This document shows positions 20,721-29,275 of a stretch of DNA of 64,000 bases, piece after piece. Each line of letters starts with the position of its first letter. Within the stretch, counting starts at the first letter, position 1. Below the pieces are notes generated by a model. That model was not told where the DNA came from. It worked only from the letters and a program-made list of their open reading frames with translations, and did not search any database. The translations under genes were made by a program, and so were the position numbers. The DNA comes from Pontiella sp. (GTDB taxonomy: Bacteria > Verrucomicrobiota > Kiritimatiellia > Kiritimatiellales > Pontiellaceae), in the NCBI GenBank assembly GCA_050290185.1, contig JBNKHE010000001.1, forward strand, positions 482,713 to 546,712. The letters are read 5' to 3'.

Positions 20721-21350
20721 TTACTTCTTTTTGAGGGCTTCCTTGATCGTAACGATGCCGCCGTTGGCGCCAGGTACGGAACCCTTCACCAGAATCAGAT
20801 TTTCTTCAGGGCGAACCTGTACGATCTTGAGATTCTGCGTGGTGACACGCTTGTTACCCATCTGACCCGGCATCTTCTTGCCCTTGAAAACGCGGGCAGG
20901 ATGTTCGCACATGCCGATCGAACCCGGACGACGGATCCAGCCGCCACCATGGGAGGCGCGACCGCCGCCAAAGTCGTAGCGTTTAACTACGCCCTGGAAA
21001 CCACGGCCCTTACCGGTTGCAACGATATCGACGAAGTTGACTTCGGCAAACGCGTTGGCGTCAATCACATCACCGACATTGACTTCGGCGCTTTCATCGA
21101 TACGGAATTCCTTGAGTATGCGCTTGGCATCAACTCCGGCCTTTTTGAAGTGTCCGAGCGCCGGCTTGTTGAGGCGCTGTTCCTTCTGGTCTTCAAAACC
21201 AAGCTGTACGGCGGAATAACCTTCCTTGTCGTTCGCTTTCAGCTGAACAACGACGCATGGACCGGCTTCGATTACCGTGACCGGTACGGCAACGCCGTCC
21301 TCGTCATAAATAGAGGTCATCCCCAGTTTCTTTCCAATCAAACCTTTCAC
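20721..21350 (-). CDS. rplC: 50S ribosomal protein L3
   Basis: GKKLGMT, PVTVIEAGP, KGRGFQGVVKR, KMPGQMG (GTG start). Confidence 0.98.
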   Translation of the reverse strand: MKGLIGKKLGMTSIYDEDGVAVPVTVIEAGPCVVVQLKANDKEGYSAVQLGFEDQKEQRLNKPALGHFKKAGVDAKRILKEFRIDESAEVNVGDVIDANAFAEVNFVDIVATGKGRGFQGVVKRYDFGGGRASHGGGWIRRPGSIGMCEHPARVFKGKKMPGQMGNKRVTTQNLKIVQVRPEENLILVKGSVPGANGGIVTIKEALKKK

Positions 21351-21364
21351 GATGCCCCTCCTTC

Positions 21365-21673
21365 CTAGATCTTAATAGTGATATCGACACCCGCCGGCAG
21401 GTTGAGCTTCTTCAGCTCGTCAACCGTCTTGATGGTCGGATCAATGATGTCCAGCAAACGCTTGTGCGTGCGGATTTCAAACTGTTCCATCGACTTCTTG
21501 TTCACGTGCGGACTGCGGTTCACCGTGAAGCGTTCGATACGGGTCGGCAACGGAATAGGTCCCGCAACGCGGGCACCGGTACGACGTGCCGTTTCGACAA
21601 TTTCCGTGGCCGAGATATCGAGGACACGATGGTCGAACGACTTCAGCCTTATTCTGATACGTTGATTTGTCAT
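21365..21673 (-). CDS. rpsJ: 30S ribosomal protein S10
   Basis: [33 protein letters not shown]. Confidence 0.98.
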   Translation of the reverse strand: MTNQRIRIRLKSFDHRVLDISATEIVETARRTGARVAGPIPLPTRIERFTVNRSPHVNKKSMEQFEIRTHKRLLDIIDPTIKTVDELKKLNLPAGVDITIKI

Positions 21674-21685
21674 TTTTTCTCTCTC

Positions 21686-23821
21686 TTAGCGGTTAAGGAT
21701 AGAATCTTCCATGGACGCCGGAACCGGTTCAAACGCTTGCGGTTCCATCGTATAGCTCGCCCTACCCTTTGTTAAGGAACGCAACGATGTTGAGTATCCA
21801 AAAACTTCGGCAAGCGGTACATCCGCCTGCACGACCTGCAAATCATTTGTAGCCTTGATGTCACGGACACTGCCGCGGCGGCTGTTGAGGTCGCCCAGGA
21901 CGTCGCCCAGGTGCTCCTCGGGGGTTTCGATTTCCAGCTTCATGACCGGTTCAAGCAGAACCGGACTGGAGGCGGAAATCGCGGCGCGCAAGGCCATCAC
22001 GGCGGCCGAGCGGAAGGCCATTTCGGAGGTGTCGGTGGGATGGGTTTGGCCGCCCACGACCTTGACCGCGACATCGATAATCGCGAAGTTTCCGAGCACA
22101 CCCGTTAAAAGTGCGTCGGAAAGCCCCTCTTCAATCGCCTTGCGGTATTCGTTCGGCACTATGTTGGCCGAAACATCAAAATCGATGCTGTTTCCCGTGC
22201 CGGCGGACCTTGGTGAAACTTCCAGGGAAAGGCCGGCAAAATGGGTGTCATTGCCGATTTCACGATCAAAGGTATAACTCGCGGAGCCCTTCTTCGAAAC
22301 GCTTTCACGGTATGAGACCATCGGCTTACCGGCATTGGCGCTGACCTTGTACTCCCGCAGAATTCTGTCGCGGATGATTTCGAGGTGCAGCTCTCCCATG
22401 CCGTGAATGATGGTCTGGCCGGTTTCCTCGTTGATGGAGGTGTGGAACGTGGGGTCTTCGTCGGCCATATCCTTGAGCGCATCGACCAGCGAATCCTTGT
22501 CGGCAGTCGTCTTCGGCTCGATAGCCATGGAAATAACGGGTTCAGGAAATTCGATGTTTTCGAGCAGGATCGGATCGTTTTCCATGCAGACGGTATCGCC
22601 GGTGGTGAACAATTTCTGTCCGACCATGCCGCCAATCTCGCCGGCATAGAGTACATCGACGTCTTCGCGGTGGTTGGCATGCAAGCGCAGCAGACGGCCG
22701 ATGCGTTCGCGCTTGCGGGTGCGCGGGTTGAAAATGTTCTGCCCTTTTTTCAGCTGTCCGGCATAGATGCGAACAAAGGCCAGCTTGCCGACAAACTTAT
22801 CCGTGGCCATCTTGAATACGAGTCCGGTCAGCGGCTCGAAATCGGAAGCTTCCCGGCGAATTTCGTCCTCGGACTTCGGCGAAATGCCATGTACGGAAGG
22901 CACATCAACCGGGGAAGGAAGATAGGACACCACCGCATCAAGAAGCGGTTGAACTCCCTTGTTCTTCAGCGAGGAACCGCACAGAACGGGCACAATGTGG
23001 TTTGCGATGGTTGCACGGCGAATCGCATCAATCAGGGCCTGTTCGGAAACATCGGTATTTTCCATATAGGCTTCAAGCAGCTCTTCGTCCACCTCGGCAA
23101 CTTTTTCTATCAGCTCGGCGCGGGCCTCTTCGGCCCGGGCGGCAAGGTCAGCCGGAATATCAATGTATTCAACCTTGGAGCCGTAGTCTGTTTCGGAGAA
23201 ATTGATACCGCGCATCTTGATCAGATCCACGACACCCGTAAAGGTGTCGGAAGCGCCAATCGGCAGCTGGATAGCAACCACCGGAGCGGAGAGCTTGCTG
23301 CGCAACTCGCCGAGCACCTTGTCGAAGTCGGCACCGATGCGGTCCATCTTATTGACGAACGCAAGACGCGGGACGCTGTACCGGTTCGCCTGACGCCATA
23401 CGGTCTCGGACTGCGGCTGCACCCCTCCTACTGCGCAAAAAACGCCCACTGCGCCATCCAGTACGCGCAACGAGCGTTCAACCTCCACGGTAAAATCCAC
23501 GTGGCCGGGGGTGTCGATAATATTGATTTGATGGTTCTGCCAGAAACAGGTGGTGGCGGCACTCGTAATGGTGATGCCGCGCTCCTGCTCCTGGATCATC
23601 CAGTCCATGGTTGCGGTTCCATCGTGCACTTCGCCGATTTTGTGAACCTTTCCGCTGTAGAAGAGAATGCGTTCGGAAGTGGTCGTTTTGCCCGCATCAA
23701 TATGGGCGACGATACCGATGTTGCGAACGGTAGACAAAGCATAACCACGGCCATCGGCTTCCCGCTTGGAAACCGAGTCCTTCCCTGCTTTGTCATTCTG
23801 ATGTTTCACAACGTTTGTCAT
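21686..23821 (-). CDS. fusA: Elongation factor G (domain IV divergent)
   Basis: [43 protein letters not shown]; str operon position. Confidence 0.95.
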   Translation of the reverse strand: MTNVVKHQNDKAGKDSVSKREADGRGYALSTVRNIGIVAHIDAGKTTTSERILFYSGKVHKIGEVHDGTATMDWMIQEQERGITITSAATTCFWQNHQINIIDTPGHVDFTVEVERSLRVLDGAVGVFCAVGGVQPQSETVWRQANRYSVPRLAFVNKMDRIGADFDKVLGELRSKLSAPVVAIQLPIGASDTFTGVVDLIKMRGINFSETDYGSKVEYIDIPADLAARAEEARAELIEKVAEVDEELLEAYMENTDVSEQALIDAIRRATIANHIVPVLCGSSLKNKGVQPLLDAVVSYLPSPVDVPSVHGISPKSEDEIRREASDFEPLTGLVFKMATDKFVGKLAFVRIYAGQLKKGQNIFNPRTRKRERIGRLLRLHANHREDVDVLYAGEIGGMVGQKLFTTGDTVCMENDPILLENIEFPEPVISMAIEPKTTADKDSLVDALKDMADEDPTFHTSINEETGQTIIHGMGELHLEIIRDRILREYKVSANAGKPMVSYRESVSKKGSASYTFDREIGNDTHFAGLSLEVSPRSAGTGNSIDFDVSANIVPNEYRKAIEEGLSDALLTGVLGNFAIIDVAVKVVGGQTHPTDTSEMAFRSAAVMALRAAISASSPVLLEPVMKLEIETPEEHLGDVLGDLNSRRGSVRDIKATNDLQVVQADVPLAEVFGYSTSLRSLTKGRASYTMEPQAFEPVPASMEDSILNR

Positions 23822-23924
23822 TTCTTTTTCAACAATCGGAAGGCTCCAATGAGTTTGGAACCTTCCTGTCTATCGGCGATCCCCGTCCTACGGAGATTTC
23901 CTATATCAGCGGCACGGAGCCGTA

Positions 23925-24398
23925 TTACCAGCGGTAATGGGCAAAGGCCTTATTGGCCTGGGCCATCTTGTGCGTGTCGTCACGCTTCTTGATGGCATTT
24001 CCCTGTCCGCGGTATGCATCCATCAGCTCGATAGCCAACGCGCGCTGCATGGGAACACCCTTGCGGTTTCCGGCAAACTGGATCAACCAGCGGGTTGCGA
24101 GAGCCAGCTGACGCTTGGGCTTCACCTCCAGCGGAACCTGATAGGTCGCACCACCCACACGGCGGGACTTTACTTCCAGACGTGGGGATACGTTTTCAAG
24201 CGCAATGGTGAACACTTCAACCGGATCCTCGTCCTTGATCTGTGCCTGGATATCCTCAAGGGCTCCATAAACGATCTTGGCAGCGACCGATTTCTTGCCG
24301 CGTTCCATCACGCAGTTGATCATGTACGCCACGAGTTGATTATTGTAGCGCGGATCAGGAATCAGCTCGCGCTTTTCTGCTCTATGTCTTCTGGCCAT
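23925..24398 (-). CDS. rpsG: 30S ribosomal protein S7
   Basis: EVKSRRVGGATYQVP, HKMAQANKAFAHYRW. Confidence 0.98.
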   Translation of the reverse strand: MARRHRAEKRELIPDPRYNNQLVAYMINCVMERGKKSVAAKIVYGALEDIQAQIKDEDPVEVFTIALENVSPRLEVKSRRVGGATYQVPLEVKPKRQLALATRWLIQFAGNRKGVPMQRALAIELMDAYRGQGNAIKKRDDTHKMAQANKAFAHYRW

Positions 24399-24484
24399 AT
24401 CTCAATTTCCAGTTTTTCTTAACACTAAGATCGCAAAGGTTCGAATCCTGCCTTGCCCAGCGCTCTCAGCGTCTTTCTGTTAAA

Positions 24485-24859
24485 TTAGGCTTTCGGGCGC
24501 TTCGCACCATACTTCGAACGACCGCGCTTGCGGCCATCTACACCCAAACAGTCGAGTGCACCACGAACAATGTGATAGCGAACACCCGGCAAGTCCTTTA
24601 CACGGCCGCCGCGCACCAGCACCATGCTGTGTTCCTGCAGGTTGTGCCCCTCACCACCAATGTAGGCGTTGACTTCACGGCCGTTGGTCAAACGGACACG
24701 GGCCACCTTACGCAAAGCCGAGTTCGGTTTCTTCGGGGTCTGGGTTTTAACAAGCAGACAAACACCACGACGCTGCGGGCAATTTGCCAGTGCGGGCGAT
24801 TTGCTTTTCTTCTTAGCAACCGCACGCGGCTTTCTAACCAGTTGATTAATTGTAGGCAT
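24485..24859 (-). CDS. rpsL: 30S ribosomal protein S12
   Basis: [29 protein letters not shown]. Confidence 0.99.
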   Translation of the reverse strand: MPTINQLVRKPRAVAKKKSKSPALANCPQRRGVCLLVKTQTPKKPNSALRKVARVRLTNGREVNAYIGGEGHNLQEHSMVLVRGGRVKDLPGVRYHIVRGALDCLGVDGRKRGRSKYGAKRPKA

Positions 24860-25498
24860 ATCGTTTTCCTTACTCTAGTTGCGCCGCAGACTCGAAAATC
24901 AGCAACCGCAAATCTAAAACCAAAAGTCCGCCGCAAAGCAGCACTGGTCTCTTCCGTAAAAAGACAAGCGCAGGACAGTAGTTGCCTCCTACACGTATCA
25001 CAAGCGAAAGATTCCACTTTTTATTCAGTTTATTCCGGTTTCCATCCTTCTCGCGGCGGTTCAATGCTTGCGCCACACTCCAGACAGAACTATCGGAAAA
25101 GGCACGTACAATAGAGAGTTAGCCGAAAGATTCCAGACAAAAATCCGGTTATTTTAACCCGCATTACCGCCGGAATTTATTACAGGAAAAGAGAAAATCG
25201 GTCTAATTTCCCCTCCCGCACTTGCGGTTTCCCACGAATACTCAACGAACGGCCACGATATCCGGCAGCAAAGCCCGAAATAACCAGGGGGTCATATGGA
25301 CCGCGAATTCCAGATTAAGCGCCTTCTGATCGTGATGGCAAACGCAGCGCAGATCATTAATAGAAGTGAATTAACGAGAAAAACGAGAAGTTCAAAACCA
25401 ATCCACCGACGGCGAAGGTTATGAAGGACCAGATCGTTTTCATACCCGACAGTTATATCCGCCCCCCAGCCCGACCATTGGGATACTGCTCCGGCCTA

Positions 25499-26704
25499 TC
25501 AGCTAACAAAGATCGTTCGCTGGAGGAACCAGTAGAGGCCGATTAGGGCAATGATTACGGATAGGATGGGTTTCAACCATCGACGTGCATGTGCGCTGGC
25601 GTGCTGCAGCCATAACAGTCCCGGGAAGACGAGCGCCACAATCGATAATTGCCCGGCTTCGATACCGACGTTGAAGGCCAAGAGCGGAGCCACGATACTG
25701 CGCCCGTCCTGTCCCAGCCCGACATCGCGCAATACACTGGCAAAACCGAAGCCGTGGATCAGGCCAAAGGCAAACGTCAGTAAAACGCGACCTTTGCCGA
25801 TCTCGCTCCTCAGAATGTTTTCAACACCCACATAAACAATCGATGCGGCGATGGCGGGTTCTACGATACTGGAAGGCGGTGCCCACAGGTCCAGCGCCGC
25901 CACGGAAAGTGTGACCGAGTGGGCCAGCGTAAAGCTGGTAACGATGGCAAATATATCCCGGGGCCGGCGGCAGGCCACAAGCAACCCGCCGAGAAACAGC
26001 AAGTGGTCGAAACCAAAGGCAATGTGCTCGATTCCGATCTTAAAAAAGGCAGGTGGAAACAAACATCGGGACGAACGAACCCCGGATTGCGGGTGAACCG
26101 CATCCCTGCCCCCTTCACCGACCACAGCCGAGGTTATGGAGGACGTCGCAGGCACGGCTCCGGGAAGTGATACGGTTGCACGGGGCTCGGTGGCGGTAAA
26201 CACGATGGTTTTATCCACACTTCCATCCGCAAGGATGACGTCAAGCAACATCTTGTATCCCTCGCGCATCCGGTCGAGAAATTCATTGGTCAGGGTAATC
26301 TGCCCGTCACCCGCCCGCGGATAGCGTATGGTGTAGATGCAGTCGTCCTGTTCAACCCGAAAGTCCGTACCGAGCGGATCGTACTGCTTTCCACCGACTT
26401 CCGCCTTGAAGAAGGTTTGGGCCTCCTTGGATAAAATGGACCTCGATTGTTCGAAATTAGCGTGATCAAGCCAGTTGCCTGCATTTTCAAGCTCATCTGA
26501 AACGAACGATTCGGTCACATAGGGATCAAGAATCACCTCGATGATCCAGGCATCCGGAGCCGCTCGGATTTGGGCATAGTTCAGCAGCACGTCGTGCGCG
26601 GATGCCCCCGTTGCAGCGAAGCCCAGTAATCCCATCGCACTGGTCAGGATGCTACGGAGGAGTCGGAACTTGAAAGGTTCTGGTTTTTTCATCGCCCGAT
26701 ACAT
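25499..26704 (-). CDS. HupE/UreJ-family membrane protein with N-terminal extracytoplasmic domain
   Basis: Signal peptide ending ASA-H, C-terminal TM domain with GIEHIAFGFDHLLF, FTLAHSVTL, FGLIHGFGFA, FNVGIEAGQ; start could be a nearby downstream ATG. Confidence 0.8.
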   Translation of the reverse strand: MYRAMKKPEPFKFRLLRSILTSAMGLLGFAATGASAHDVLLNYAQIRAAPDAWIIEVILDPYVTESFVSDELENAGNWLDHANFEQSRSILSKEAQTFFKAEVGGKQYDPLGTDFRVEQDDCIYTIRYPRAGDGQITLTNEFLDRMREGYKMLLDVILADGSVDKTIVFTATEPRATVSLPGAVPATSSITSAVVGEGGRDAVHPQSGVRSSRCLFPPAFFKIGIEHIAFGFDHLLFLGGLLVACRRPRDIFAIVTSFTLAHSVTLSVAALDLWAPPSSIVEPAIAASIVYVGVENILRSEIGKGRVLLTFAFGLIHGFGFASVLRDVGLGQDGRSIVAPLLAFNVGIEAGQLSIVALVFPGLLWLQHASAHARRWLKPILSVIIALIGLYWFLQRTIFVS

Positions 26705-26775
26705 ATGCCAGAGAACGGATCAGTCTCTAGAAAAAACAGGCATCAAGAAGCTATCCCCCATGAAGACGAGAAAGA

Positions 26776-29172
26776 CTAAATCTTCTCAAGCGCATGCTCC
26801 CATTTGCTGTCGAGAGCCTTTGCCACGGCGTTTTCCTGAAGCCGGTCATACAGGTTGTGACTGGTGACGATATTTTTCATCGCCTCGAACATTTCATCCG
26901 GCGTACGGGCGCCAACCACTATGCCCGATCCGTGCGACTCGACGATTTCCTGCGGGCCTCCTTCGTTCGATACGATCGCCGGCAGGCCGCAGGCATGGGC
27001 TTCGAGCACCACGTTTCCGAACGTGTCGGTCAAGCTCGGGAAAACAAACATATCGGCGCTGGCATAGGCCTTGGCCAGTTCCTCGCCGTAGAGATAGCCG
27101 GTAAAAACAATCTGCGGATCATTGTATTTCAACTGCATCTCATCGCGCTGCGGGCCATCGCCCACGAGAATCAAATCGGCATTGCATCCGGATTCGATCA
27201 AGCGCGCAAACGCCTTGAGCATGACCTCGATATTCTTTTCCTTTGAGATGCGTCCGGCATAGATGAACTTGAAGCTGCCGTTCAGCCCGTATTCGTTCCA
27301 GAGTTCGCGGTTGCGGAAGGAGGGATTGAACTTGTCGCGGTTAATGCCGCGCGGCATGACTTCGATGTTTGCGCCATCAAAGCCACCATCCATCAACAAC
27401 CGCTTGTACTGCTTCGTTGGAACCAGAACCTGATCCACCTTGCCGTAGAACCAGCGCATGAAACGCCATGCCGTTTCACCGAGTTTTTCGTCCTCGGTGA
27501 TGTCGGCGAAGAAGCGCGGAAAATCGGTGTGGTAGATCCCCTTGGTCGACAGGCCCAGCATTTTGGCAGCCCCCAGCGCGCAGATGCCGAGGGGACCCGG
27601 TGTGGAGATGATGACCTCGTCAAATTCCTCCTGTTCGAAGTAGGCCAGCAGTTCCATGAAGGGCGGATAGCTGATGAGGAGCGATTCATATTCCGGCAGC
27701 TTGAACGAGCCAACCGGCTTGAAGTTCTTTATGGGAAAGTCGGCTACAGGATCTTCGTCCTGGCTAGTAATGACAGTGATGTCCTTTTCAACCCCCTTGG
27801 CCATGCCGGCCAGTGTACGGATGGTTTTCGTGACCCCGTTGACGTCGGAAAACGTATCGGTGACCCATGCCTTTTTCCCACTCTTCTGCCGCAACCCGGA
27901 CGAACCGGCGAAATGCTCCGTCACCTCGCGCAGAAACTTCTCATCCTTGTGCTGGGTCGAGAATGCCGTCAGGTACGGCGCAATGCCGAGCGCGACGGGT
28001 CCGAGCGAGGAGATCGCCTGCAACGAACCGATCAGCTCGCCGGAACGGATCTTCTTCGACGCCTTTTTCAGAAAGACAAAGCTCAACTCCTGGCTGAGTC
28101 GGCAAGCCGCCTTGAAGTTTACCGAATCCGTTTCGTCCTTAGGCACGGTGTCGTCAGATTCTTCGAGTACCCGGGAAAATTCTTCGATGATCATCTGTTC
28201 GATCTCGTTCATCTGCTTCTTGACGTAGGCCTGCTTGACCTTCTTCCGAAACGCCGCGCGCACGCTGGCGCGGAAGCCGGTGGCCTCGGGCTCTTTCTCG
28301 TTCGGCTGTTCCGCGAGGTTTTTCAAGACGGCACCCATCACCGAACGGTCCGGGGTGCCGGGTGCCAGAAAGCGGTCCTTATAGTAGCAGTAGGCAATCC
28401 GGTAGAGACTATTTGCCAGCCGCACGCTGGTTCCGCCGGTGCCGCCGGGTTCATGCTGTCCCTCCCGTACATATTCCAGAAAATCAATCACGCTCGGCGC
28501 ATGGGGAGTCACCGTGTAGGCACTGGCCACGTAAAGACCGCCGTGGTCGTCCGACCCGCCGGTCAATGTCTTGTTCCACGGCTCCAGACCAACCGGTTGG
28601 ATATCGTGGCGGTCGGCCATCTCGTTGATCATCTCCGGCGTCAGGCTCTTGAACACCACATTGCCGATATCGCAGGCACGCGGCACGCGCGAACCATTAA
28701 TACCCTCGAAGCGATTGAACATCAGGATCAGCTTTTCAAACTGGGCGATAGTCAACTTGTCATTGATGCGGAAGAGCGGATGGGCAATCGTATGGATAAC
28801 CCGGTTTTCATTCATGTACTGCTGCAGGTCATGGATGTTTTCCCGTAGACTCTGCATCTCATGGAACTGCTTTTCCGTGATGCCGGTCACGAGGCAGTGG
28901 ATCTTGCAGCCGTTTTCCGGGAAGTAGGTGGTCAGTTCGCTCGAAAGAAAAGTACCCGGCAGATGGGCGATCTCGCACGCGCCACGGATGCAGTTGTGGT
29001 CGGAGATGGTGACGTAGTCCATACCTGCCGCCTTGCAGGAATCATAGACGTCCAACGGCTCCATGAAACTTTCCGGCGCACCGATCCGGCGCAGGAACCA
29101 TTCGCTCGGGCGGTTGGAATATTTGCTATGAACATGTAGATCGGCCCTGGATATGCGCGTATTCGTTTTCAT
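26776..29172 (-). CDS. PHP phosphoesterase domain fused to GT4 glycosyltransferase
   Basis: N-term DLHVHS, ISDHN, AHP, GGSDDH (PHP metal ligands); C-term TDTFSDVNGV, YHTDFP, GRISKEKN, DTFGNVVLEA (GT-B/GT4). Confidence 0.85.
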   Translation of the reverse strand: MKTNTRISRADLHVHSKYSNRPSEWFLRRIGAPESFMEPLDVYDSCKAAGMDYVTISDHNCIRGACEIAHLPGTFLSSELTTYFPENGCKIHCLVTGITEKQFHEMQSLRENIHDLQQYMNENRVIHTIAHPLFRINDKLTIAQFEKLILMFNRFEGINGSRVPRACDIGNVVFKSLTPEMINEMADRHDIQPVGLEPWNKTLTGGSDDHGGLYVASAYTVTPHAPSVIDFLEYVREGQHEPGGTGGTSVRLANSLYRIAYCYYKDRFLAPGTPDRSVMGAVLKNLAEQPNEKEPEATGFRASVRAAFRKKVKQAYVKKQMNEIEQMIIEEFSRVLEESDDTVPKDETDSVNFKAACRLSQELSFVFLKKASKKIRSGELIGSLQAISSLGPVALGIAPYLTAFSTQHKDEKFLREVTEHFAGSSGLRQKSGKKAWVTDTFSDVNGVTKTIRTLAGMAKGVEKDITVITSQDEDPVADFPIKNFKPVGSFKLPEYESLLISYPPFMELLAYFEQEEFDEVIISTPGPLGICALGAAKMLGLSTKGIYHTDFPRFFADITEDEKLGETAWRFMRWFYGKVDQVLVPTKQYKRLLMDGGFDGANIEVMPRGINRDKFNPSFRNRELWNEYGLNGSFKFIYAGRISKEKNIEVMLKAFARLIESGCNADLILVGDGPQRDEMQLKYNDPQIVFTGYLYGEELAKAYASADMFVFPSLTDTFGNVVLEAHACGLPAIVSNEGGPQEIVESHGSGIVVGARTPDEMFEAMKNIVTSHNLYDRLQENAVAKALDSKWEHALEKI

Positions 29173-29194
29173 GCCCGCAATATCGCTCCAACCC

Positions 29195-29221
29195 GTTAAT
29201 TACAGATTTGCCGACCGTTAG
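29195..29221 (-). promoter_or_regulatory. Candidate Pho box (11-bp periodic pentamers) upstream of the PHP-GT4 gene
   Basis: Plus-strand GTTAA 29195, ATTTG 29206, GTTAG 29217 = minus-strand CTAAC/CAAAT/TTAAC at 11-bp spacing. Confidence 0.5.
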
Positions 29222-29275
29222 AATTGCGCAAGCACATAGCACCGTTCGAGCTGCTACGCAGACGGGACGATACGG

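Noticed and set aside
22385..23992. 535 aa plus-strand ORF
   Set aside because: Antisense shadow of fusA
24438..24448. GGTTCGAATCC, a tRNA T-arm-like motif
   Set aside because: No D-arm, anticodon arm or acceptor stem around it; it lies antisense in the 86-bp rpsL-rpsG spacer and is better explained by the mRNA hairpin
24860..25498. 640-bp gap upstream of rpsL, including a 68 aa ORF (24870-25076)
   Set aside because: Most likely the promoter and leader of the ribosomal superoperon; I could not recognise a riboswitch, ncRNA or credible protein
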